Shown here one piece after another: positions 53,573 to 64,000 of a DNA stretch of 64,000 bases. Source of the stretch: Paramecium tetraurelia (Eukaryota); NCBI GenBank assembly GCA_000165425.1, contig CT868023.1:1-64000 (forward strand). Direction: 5' to 3'. Under the pieces are notes generated by a model. That model ran no database searches. It was not told the origin of the DNA and saw only the letters and a list, made by a program, of their open reading frames with translations. The position numbers and the translations under genes are program-made. Each line of letters begins with the position of its first letter. Positions within the stretch are counted from its first letter, which is position 1.

Positions 53573-55520
53573 ATGAATCGACAATTCTAGCAGAACTGTC
53601 CTTTTAGATAGCAATACGCGGGACAGTGCGATTTCATAACAAAGTCTGACAATACTTTGGACAAAGGGAAAGTTAAGCTAATTTAACAATCACCTTCATT
53701 TGCAGAATATGTGAATGGCTTGAAGGAGGGGGGGAAAAAAAAGAATCATCGACATAATACTGAAACGATAAGATGTCCAATTCTTCCTAAGATTGAGGCT
53801 GTTATTCCAGATCTTTAGACTATGAAATCACATTTCGTTTTAAGCCTAAACAAGAGCACTACTATTTCATAACATTCGTAAAGCTATATATAACATTCCA
53901 ATCCAAATACCCCAAGATCCAAAATTGGAATTCCTGCATCGATTACTCGAAGATCTTTGCCACCTTAAAAGTAAGTAAAACTATCTCCAATTACCCCTAA
54001 AAGTTCATTTTGCGTTAAATCGAACTTTGAAGAGGACGATGGAATCTTTCTAACTAAAATAGGTGGCGAGGAGGTCATCAAGGAAATAGCAATATTATTT
54101 CATAAACATTCTCAAATTCATCCCGTAATATAGAGTAATCTATTTGTATATAAATGAGAAATCGATGATCCCGCAATGTATGAATCGAAATTCGGAACAT
54201 TTCTTGAGTATATCATGGGAAAACCAGTATTTTTTAACATTGAAGCTCTCAAATAAAAGCATATCCCCCTAAAAATAGATCATGCATTATACAATCAATT
54301 TAAGAGCTACTTAATTGTAAATAATGAATTATAATAAGGAAGAGTAGTTTTATTCAGAGTAATAAAGGTCCTCCTGAATTGATATTCGAATTCAGTGCAC
54401 TCATAGAATAATATAAATACTGTATTATAACATCAGAATAGACCTTTGCTTAAATTTATAACCAAAGAACTGAGAATAACAAAAATGAAACCCCTAAAAG
54501 TATTGTCCATTTAGCAGATCTTACTTATCAAAAAATATTAGATGACCAAACCCTTTGTGAATATTTTTTAGGCATTTAAATGGATGAATAAGCTAAGAAG
54601 TTAGGGAGTATTTTACATTAAATGATGGGTTGGAATAGTGGCATTGATTACGTGTTGAATTATCTAAGGAAATCCCATTAAAAGATGAAATTGACAAATG
54701 TCCATTTCACTTTGTTCAAATAGTACCTAGTGGAGGCGATGAAAGAACTTGGACTGAAAGAAAGTTAAATAGAATTGATAACCAAAAGGATGGATGGTTA
54801 TAGAAGTTGCATAGTAAATCAGGATTGCTTATTGGACTTTTATTTCTAATCCCCAACTCTCTTTAAGGTTTAAGTAAAGAAATACGAGGTGCTAATATAG
54901 AGAGATCCAAGATTTCGCAATTTTCCGGATATGCCCACTCTTTTAAGACACGCACATTTTCTTTTAAAATACATAACTCATTAACATCAACCACTTCTAA
55001 CAAACACTGATCTGAGAACTCTGCATAAGGGTTGTGCGATTCAAAGTGAATGGATTGATGGGTTCAGAGATAACTTTTTTTTATTAATTAAAAACTATAA
55101 TTTAGACAGACTTATCTTGCAGGATTATGCTGATTTGTGGTTTTAATTAAGGTTCATCGTAAATGAATCAGCGCAGTATAGAAAGCATTGTTGGACCGTA
55201 AGGGCTGGATCAAGTGCAATTCAAAAGTATAGATCAACCTTCAGGACAACGAGATTTATAGTGATCATTTTAGGAATGCAGATTACCAACTAAAATCCCA
55301 TGTGAAGAAGATTGTTGGGTTTATTTTTAGGAATTCCTCAATTTACAAGGCAAATGATTTGAGAGTTATTCATTACCCATTAAAAATAGGAGAATAATCT
55401 TTTAATTTGTTTGTATAATTAATCAAATAAGTTATGCAAGAAGAGAAATTGGGTGCCAATTTGATACTTCTTGCTGAATAGATTTGTTAGTATTATAGAA
55501 GCAGCATTTGCAATTTGTGA
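53573..55520 (+). CDS. Multi-domain truncated (2/2) hemoglobin-like protein, four tandem globin domains
   Basis: Domain 1 begins FLTKIGGEEVIKEI; proximal-His motifs LKQKHIPLKI, LRKSHQKMKLTNVHF, LRTLHKGCAI, LRVIHYPLKI; frame disturbance at ~55160-55226. Confidence 0.8.
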
Positions 55521-55562
55521 TTTTATCTATTAATGTACTAATATGTATATATTATATTTGTC

Positions 55563-55868
55563 TCATTATGCAAATGGTAAAAAACACCTCTTTGTCTAAG
55601 AATAGCCTCCAAAGCTGCAGCACTTTATCCCTTTTATCTCAAATATCCTGCCAAGATGACAGTGTTGTTCTTTTTGTTGTACACTCCGTTCTCATCAACC
55701 TTGAATTAGAAATTGAATCAATACTTATCCGACGTTGATTTAGACACTGGAGTAATCGCTGCTATTGAGGATCATATTTGTATATTGGCATTTTCTTGGT
55801 ACATAAATATCGACAACTTATTTCTCATCATTGATCATTCCTGCGTTTTCTTGAATTCTGTGAGCCAT
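55563..55868 (-). CDS. RPS21: 40S ribosomal protein S21 (eS21)
   Basis: MAHRIQENAGMINDEKQVVDIYVPRKCQYTNMILNSSDYSSVQINVGQVDENGVY...LAGYLRQKGQS; one 25-nt intron; 3' end ambiguous in a T run. Confidence 0.9.
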
Positions 55869-56038
55869 AATATTAAAAAAAGATTTAAATTTTTTTATAT
55901 ATTTAATTAATTCATAATCTCTTCATCTATACACCACATATGCATTCTATACTCAAGCATCTCCAGGAACTAACAAGAGAATCCTTCTCCCCCTTGATCT
56001 ATACATTTATAAATATCAATAAAAAATAATAAGATAAT

Positions 56039-57239
56039 TCAATGGTTCTCACTAGTACACTGTTATTTGAGTACAAAAGTCAGAACTGTGCGTCCCACCT
56101 CAACATAAATAATAGAATTACTTATACAGCCACTTTCTCCTCTTCGATCCTATAAGCTTGGAATAATTTTACGAGTGTTCCAAACTTACTGTTGTTGTCA
56201 AGAATGACGAAGTTACCATCCTAATATTTTATATAAGCGTGTAATCTAGACACGGAAATATCCGAGATTTGGATATCGCATTGATGACCTCTTCCCTAAA
56301 TGATTAAAATCCATATTTACTATCTTTATGGGCTCACCATTTTGAAACTAGATGACATATACAGCTTTCCCTTGCTTCTTCTCCTTCTTGTGTCTTGATT
56401 GCATTATAAGATATGGCGTGGATGGACGCTATATCACATCCAGAGACAGCTCTTTGTCATCCATCCTAATTTTCAAAGGTAATAAGGATTCACAAAGTTC
56501 GCATTGTTACCTCCAATGTTAATGATATTTACTATTTCAATCTATAGGATTGAGCATTATTCAACTGCTTTATTTGGCATCTACTCTCTATCCATTATCT
56601 CATGCAATTAAAATGAACGAATTAGCAACTTCCTTTGCAATTACATGGAGAAATGAAGGGATCCTCAAGGGTCTGAGTGTCCATGAGACAAAATCGACAA
56701 ATCGCTGAACTACTGGTGACATATGAAGCAGTCTGTTCAAATTGATCCTGACTTTTATTCAAGATATACTTTCAGCAATTCGCTTGAGGCTTAGTTTACT
56801 AAGTTATCCTTATCCTTGGTTTCCATAATCACGTATTCCATTCTTCCCAATTTTATTATGTCTCCTGGCTCCATTTTATATCCCTTTCGTTATTAAAACC
56901 AAGTATACTTTCTATCCTCCTTAACTATTTTTTAAACTTCTAACTATTAAAAAGTTTTCATTTTCCTCACATCCCTCAGGATTGATGTAAAACTTATTGC
57001 CCTGTTCTTGAACTGTAGTCAAATATTATTGGCTCTCATCCTATTCGGAGTCTGGAGAATAAGTGCTCACTTCTTAACCTATTTGATAATATTGCATTTA
57101 ACATACCCAATCGATAAACCTTCTGCTATTGTTATATGACATGTTTTTCTATTGTGAGAAGTTAGGTTTCGTAATCAAAAAGCCCATGTGAATCCTTTTG
57201 CCAAGTAACAGCCTTCATTTCAACGCTAAATAAATTCAT
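56039..57239 (-). CDS. RING-variant (C4HC3) plus FHA domain protein, putative E3 ligase
   Basis: TWQKDSHGLFDYE N-terminus; CRFCLMD..PFISPCNCKGSCQFVHFNCMRQW..CELC; GRGHQCDIQISDISVSRLHA..DNNSKFGTLV. Confidence 0.9.
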
Positions 57240-58299
57240 TGGCTTTACAATTATTGCATGTGAAATTATTTATTTTTATTATAAAATTCTATAAACTACT
57301 TTTTATCGAATATATTCGGAACTCTGTGTACAAATATATCTAATTATCAAGGAATTACATATTTAAGTACCCTTTGATAACTGGAACCATACTAGAATTT
57401 CAATTTTACTTATTTATGTCAGTTATTTTTATTGCTCTAAAACCCTTTAAAATTTTGGACTTTTATTTCAATCACTTAATCAATTAATTAAATAATTAGT
57501 TTGAATCTATAGCACTTATTTTAATCAATAATTAAACTATATTCTTAACTATTTCCTTGTTTATAATGATTTTATAAAGTATAAAGATATATAAAGTTTT
57601 ATATTAAATTTCTAGTAAATAGAATTCTTTAGGAACAAATAGTAATTATTTAATATAAAGAATACGAAAACTATTATTTAGATCATTCTGATTTAAGTAT
57701 AATTCGAATATTCCTTTATTCTATGAGAATGAATTCGAAATTTAGAATTTCGGGCACAATTGCTACAAAATATTGAAATGTCAGATTGATAGTAAAATGA
57801 GTAAAATTATAATATAATGATTCAAAAAACAAAGAATGGTTTCTTATAGGAAAATAATAAAAAATGAAGTTGGAAAAGATGCACTTATGATGAAATAAAA
57901 AGATTTAGATTGGATTTCAAAGCAAATGACTTATTTTATTTTATTCTATTGTTTTTCAAATTTCAGTAACAGTTATGAATGTTAAAATAAGAACAGCCAC
58001 TTTTAAACATCAAATATTCAACTTAATTTATCTAACTTGTCAGTTGACAACAACTGTTACATTGATTATTTAACATTCATAAAAGCAACCGAACAATTTT
58101 CAAATGTAAATATTAAATTAAATTGATTCCTTTTATTTGTTTTTATTGTTTTAAAGGTTGAATGTATTATTGAAGAGAATACTAAGTATAAAATGCAATA
58201 ATCTAATGGCAGAAGTAGACGAAGACAGGGAAGTGGGAGGCGGGTTTAATTTTATCATTTGTTTTTGTGATAATTTGGATTTGATCATTATTTAATTAA

Positions 58300-58949
58300 A
58301 TGAATCACAGTCTCTATGCAGTGCATCCAAATTATACTCCAATAAACCTGAGACTTGCAGAAGAGTATTTCAATACACTTCCCCCTGGAGATATCAGCAA
58401 ACAATTCTATGATGGTGTTCAATATCGAGCTGTAAAAGGATTATTTGCTTCTTATGCCCTTAATAGATTTAGCTAATATGGAAAGTTGAACTCACTTTAC
58501 AAGTTCTATCCATATTAGAAGATAGTCAAGGAAACAAAGGAAGAATTATGTGAGGATTGGACTTCAAACATTCGTAATATCGAATTAAATATTATTTTAG
58601 AACTTGCAGCAATTGTGACTGGTGCATCATGGACTTTCCTTTATTAATATGCCAAAAGAGGATAAGTCTTGAGCATTCTGAGAGAATATGGATCAGTTTT
58701 AAAGACCCACAGATTGTTTAGATAATATCTCTACACTCTTGTGCTTCCCTTTGCAATTGCAAACGAGTATACATTTGTTCATTACCATGATCATATTGAA
58801 TAATTATGGTAAGTACATGCAAATAGGTAATAATATGTCTAATGGATCCTAGATTAAATAAGAAGGACTTGTCAGATCCAACTGGCACCTAATACCCCGA
58901 AGAATTAAGAGCCCCAAGAAGAGATGTGTTTATCAATAAATGGCATTGA
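58300..58949 (+). CDS. Hypothetical membrane protein, possibly a ciliate mitochondrial inner-membrane subunit
   Basis: MNHSLYAVHPNYTP...AAIVTGASWTFLYQYAKRG...YLYTLVLPFAIANEY...FINKWH*; two introns; function is a guess from composition. Confidence 0.65.
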
Positions 58950-59773
58950 TCTACACCATAATAAATCTAATAAAAACAATTATTATTTTCATAACTAAAT
59001 ATATCTTATAATTCTATATCACCTCCAGGATTCTCATTTATCCTCCTGGTTGATTTCTGAGAACTTAAAATAAAGAGATTGAATTTAAGTTAAATTTATT
59101 CCTTCCTTTTATTTTTGATTCGATAATCACTCAAATTGATATCATAAATTTTAATTAACTGAAATAACATAATAATAATAAGTCTCTATATTCCTTTAGA
59201 TCATAATTTGTATAAGAATTTAATCAAAAATTATTTAACATAATAATCTTATCTATTTTGGCTGAAGTTTAATTCTCAACAAACAAACTTTTTGATAATA
59301 AAAGAATTATTTATGGTTTACCTCTAAGAATTAGTTTGAAGACTTAAAAATAATAATAGATATAAAATTCTTAAAATTTATTTAATTCATAATAGCAAAG
59401 GAGGAAGCCAACATCATATATAATTCTTTCATAAGATTACTATCTTTTTCATATATTAAGGGTTTAATAAAGTTGGATTAAAGTAAATCAAATTAAAACA
59501 ATAAAAATACTTTAAAAATGTGATGATATAGTATTTAATTTAAATTTATACTTGGCTATGGAAATCAATAGAAGAATTATCTGATCTCTGTTAATAAATC
59601 AAATAATTATGCATATCCTATTTAGTGCGAAGAAAATACATTATTCGAGATGTCAAATATAGAAATAGACTAGTAATATATTTAAGATATAGGATTCTAA
59701 AGACATATTGCAATATGAATCTAACTAATAATGATTATTGGTATATTTATATATTGTTAATATAAATATTATA

Positions 59774-60372
59774 ATGAATAATCCAGAGTTAGAACAGTCA
59801 ACCTAGATAGCTTTCTTTGCTTCGAGTCCTAAAATTATGGTTGAGGAGTTGGAAAAGGTTGAAATCAAATCAGAGGTAAAATGAGAGTATATTGATAGAA
59901 TTTTGATAGTCAGATGGCTTGTTTATAGTATTTTTCATATATTCTTTCATGGGACATTGTGAATGCGAGATTTTTCTATTATAAATATTAAAGGCTTGTG
60001 GAATTAGAGTTGATAGGGAAGGAGATGACGAAATTTTTGAAACTGGTTTTCGAGAACAAGCATTCTGAATTGATCAAGGGATGTGATAAATTATGTGAGA
60101 TACTTAATACCATACCTGTGTATAAGAAATGGTCGAATGAATTGAAAAGTAGAGTTGCTGATCACTTGAAAAATTTGGTTGAGAATAATTTCACTTCTAT
60201 TAGTGCTGCTCGTTTAAGTTAGTATGGGTATGATTTGAGAATATTTAAAAGAGGACAACCCCAAGACAAGGCGTTTGTGAAGATCGAGGAGAGGGAGTAG
60301 GAGAGAACTACAATAGACATCGAGAAATTGAGTTAGATGGCGAGGTTGATACAAAATATGGAGAATAAGTGA
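59774..60372 (+). CDS. COP9 signalosome subunit 8-like (PCI) protein
   Basis: YILSWDIVNARFFY, NLVENNFTSIS and C-terminal IEKLSQMARLIQNMENK* resemble CSN8 motifs (DLxNARFLW, AYxSI, QLxxLTxxVxFLE). Confidence 0.6.
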
Positions 60373-60434
60373 AGTTTATAAAAAGCTATTTAACACATAA
60401 TTCTTTTACACAAATCATATATATAAAATCTAAA

Positions 60435-63423
60435 ATGTAATAGAAAGAGGTTGATGAGACTCTAGAGGAAGTGAAAACCATAAAGGCAATAACACCAAAG
60501 GTATTAAAATTGGTTCATTTTGACAAGGAAATAAAGAAGATCGTGAAACCTCAATTCGAGGCAAATCCAGAACTATTTTATCCAACAAAAGTGTTTGATA
60601 AATTTGGGTTCACTAGATGCAAATGTCCTAAATGTGGAGCCTACTTTTGGAGACACACCGATAAAAAGATTACTTGTGGGGATTCGAAGTAGTTCATGTT
60701 TAAATTTGTTATAGCTGTGAAGGAAAATATTCTTTTATTGGAGTAGGGACTGGAAAGGGAGCCAAAGGCAACAAGATCACATATGCTGATGCTTGGAATG
60801 GATTCAAGAAGTCGTTAACGAGTGCTCGAGTACCATGCACAGCAATAGATAGATATCCCGTCGTAGCTAGATGGAGAAATGATGTTGATTATGTAGCTGC
60901 TGGTATCTATTGTTTCCAACCATTTTGTGTTACTGGAGAGATGGATCCACCTGCAAATCCTTTAATTTGTCCCCAGTTTTGTGTTAGATTCAATGATTTG
61001 GATAATATAGGTTTGACAGGTAGACATTATTCTGGATTCATAATGCTTGGAATATAGACATTCAATTATCCTGAGAAGTATGTTTTCTTTAAGGAGGAAT
61101 GTGTAGAATTCAATTACAGATGGTTGACAGAGGAATTAGAAATAAACCCAGATGATATCACATTTATAGAAGATGTTTGGGCGGGAGGAGGAAACTTGGG
61201 ACCATCAGTAGAATACTTTGTGAATGGATTGGAGGTGGGAAACATGGTGTTCATGTAATACAAATATTTCCATGATGGTTCTTACGAAGAATTACCAATA
61301 AAGATCATAGATACAGGTATTGGATTAGAACGTATTCCTTGGTTAATTAATGGATCACCAACAAGTTACCATGATGTCTTTGCAGGAGCATTTGCCTATT
61401 TATCAGAGAAGTTGCAGGTCCAATATTCAAATGAAGTTTGGAAGGCATTTGGACCTTATAGTTGTTTATTGAATGTTGATGAGATTGAAAATGTGGATAA
61501 GACATGGGAGTACATCTCAACCTAGATTGGATATGATGTTCCAACTATCAAAAAGGAAATAGAATAATTAAAAGATATGTACATCATATTGGATCACACT
61601 CGTACAGTAATGATGGTCGTAACTGATGGATCTCTGCCATCAAATGTAGGTGGTGGTTCCAATATCAGGAACATTATCAGGAGAGTATTCGCTGTATTAA
61701 AGAAGAATAGTTGGTGGGAGAAGTTGGGAATGGATGGACTACTGTAATTGTTTTAGGAACACAAAAATGATTTGGCCAAACTGTATGGTCCATTTGGAGA
61801 GTACAAGAGTTTTGATTTAATAATCAAACAGGAATATGAGCGTTGGGCTAAAACAGATGATGACAAGAAAGTTAAATTAGAAAAACTATTGAAACAAAAG
61901 AATAATCAATTAAGTATCGATGATTGGATATTTGCTATGAGTACACATGGTATACCTGCAGACACTATCAGTCAAATCAGTAAACTACCTATTCCTGGTA
62001 ATCTATATGCTGAGTTGGCTGACAGGGCTGCCAGAATCACAAAAGCACCAGAGGCCATCCTGTACAATACAGTACACTTACCTGAAACTGTCAATCTCTA
62101 TTATTAAACACCAAAAGATGGAAAATTTAATGCAAAAATTGTGACCATTTTCTCCAATGTTCAGTAATAGAATCTACCAAATATTGTGATTTTGAATCAA
62201 TCAGCATTCTATCCATTTGGAGGTGGTTAGGATTATGATTAAGGGTGGTTGACTATTCAAGGCGAGAGACATTTTGTAAACAATGTTCAAAAGGTAGGCA
62301 AAGTTGTATTGCACATTTTGGATAAGCCATTGTCTGACCCTATTGACACATATGTAAATCAAGAGATCTTGGCTGAAATTGATTTGGACAGGAGAACCAT
62401 CTTGCGTAATCATCATACAGCCACTCACATTGTATTTGCAGCTTGTAGAAGAGTCCTTGGTCCTCATGTTTGGTAGAATGGTGCTCATAAGAGTGTTAAT
62501 AATGCTCATCTTGACATCACTCATTTCGCTCCCTTGACCAAGGAATAGGAGCAGAATATTGAAAATGAAGTCAACAAGATAATTCTATCAGCCAGATAAA
62601 TTAATAAAGGGTTCATGAGTAAGTCAGATGCTGAAAAAGAATATGGATTTAGATTATATCAAGGTGGTATTGTACCTGGAAATGAATTGAGAGTTGTTAA
62701 TATCGAGGGTATAGATGTGGAAGCCTGTTGCGGTACTCATTGTGACAGCACTTCAGAAGTAGGATGGGTTAGAATTCTCAAGACTTAAAAGCTTTAAGAT
62801 GGAGTAGTCAGACTTTATTATGTTGCTGGAGTGAAAACAATTGAGGTTCTCAATTCTGAAGGAGAGATGATCAATTAATTGGTTAAGTTGTGGTCCATCT
62901 CCAAAAATCAATTGGTTGAAGAAGGAAGCAAAATATTTTAGGAGAAGAAGCATTATGAAACAGCATACAATGTAAGTTTAAACATTCATATTTTAGTCTA
63001 TTAAAGCTGAACTTATCAAATCTTAAATGAAATATGTGATCGACGGACCCAATCTTAAGACTATCATATAGTCCAATGAAACCAATCCTACTGCTTATTT
63101 CAGTGAAATAGGAAAGTACATTCAACAATTAAAGGATTCCAAAAAAGGACTTATTTTTGTGGCTGATACTTTCCTATATGGGGCTTTTGGCGATGGAAAC
63201 TTCAACGTTGAAGAACTTTCTAAGCAGATTGAGGAGGAAGGAACTCAATTGAAAGTCAACAAATAGAATAAGATTAGTGTTAAGGATGGAAAGGTATATT
63301 AAATTAAGTATAATTTAGAAATGCATTTAAGTTAATGATGTGCTGACATTTTCGGTGTTGGGCAAATTCAATAAGAATAAGGTATTGAAGTATCTTAAAG
63401 ATCTACAATTCGCATTGTTCTGA
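60435..63423 (+). CDS. Alanyl-tRNA synthetase, archaeal type
   Basis: CPKCGAYFW..TCGDS.C..YSFIG; RYPVVARWRNDV; FQPF; PPANPL; GLTGRHYSGF; IDTGIGLER; editing motifs HHTATH and EACCGTHC. Confidence 0.96.
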
Positions 63424-63485
63424 AATATATATATATATAAATAATTTATTATTATTAAAATTAATCGAATAATAATAAAAACATT

Positions 63486-64000
63486 TCATTTATTAAGTGT
63501 TGGTAATTGGACTTTTTGCTTTTTGCTGTAATTAGTTTGTTCAGCCGTATTCAAATCCAGTGACATTATCTTCAAGGCCATTGATTTCTCATAATTTTCT
63601 TAAACTTAATTTGGATTAGGTCTGGTCAACAAATTGTTTAGTCTATTTAATTATGTATAAATGTTACGTGCTCTTTGACCACTTCTCTTAATAGGTGGTT
63701 GTCCAATGTTGTGATGTTCCCAAATCAGATTTACGCATCTTGAATAGTGATAGATAGAATTTACTTTTAATTCATAATCTGTTTAGTTGAGTCTTTGAAT
63801 GAATGATTGATCGTATTTATATTTTAAGTCTCTATTTTATACTGATATCTTAATGAATCCAAAATCTATGTGGAGATCATGTCCGAGTCTGGTTAAATCA
63901 TGAATAGCCTTAATCAATGAAGTGTGAACTGATTGGACAACATCTTTGCCTAGATAACTTAATCACAATTAGTATGTACTAACCTTGATGCTGCGATTGG
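63486..64000 (-). CDS. 3' part of a gene, CCDC81/HU-like domain protein (continues beyond the window)
   Basis: PIAAS.YLGKDVVQSVHTSLIKAIHDLTRLGHDLHIDFGFIKISVQNRDLKYKY...KVQLPTLNK*; three short introns. Confidence 0.55.

Noticed and set aside
1..64000. CRISPR arrays, prokaryotic operons or defence systems, rRNA/tRNA genes, intact transposons, retained IESs
   Set aside because: Eukaryotic intron-containing DNA; no repeat-spacer array, cloverleaf, rRNA-like block or DDE/RT motif seen; IESs cannot be identified without a germline comparison

Overview
AT-rich eukaryotic DNA from the macronuclear genome of a ciliate, almost certainly Paramecium (aurelia-like). TAA/TAG read as Gln and TGA is the only stop (code 6), introns are tiny (about 20-30 nt, GT..AG), genes are densely packed, and a mixed C4A2/C3A3 telomere tract lies at ~3.1 kb right after a 150-N gap. 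The supplied ORF track uses the wrong code and is mostly fragments, so I re-translated by hand. About 33 genes are visible, including RNase T2, a bacterial-type malic enzyme, a Tul1-like RING ligase, two CNBD-type channels, phospholipase D, an SDR, HflX, an asparaginase/ankyrin protein, CCDC39, PKA-R, PDH E1-beta, a multi-domain truncated globin, RPS21, an FHA/RINGv protein, a CSN8-like protein and an archaeal-type AlaRS. Best finds: (1) an iodothyronine-deiodinase-like gene with an in-frame TGA at the catalytic selenocysteine position (GSIT-U-PPY) and a canonical SECIS hairpin in its 3' UTR, i.e. a hidden selenoprotein; (2) a malic enzyme made of two tandem prokaryote-type protomers that split the catalytic Tyr and Lys between them; (3) a four-domain truncated hemoglobin; (4) several apparent pseudo-enzymes; (5) two head-to-head gene pairs whose ATGs are only 10 bp apart. 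Coordinates were counted by hand and intron choices are not RNA-verified.
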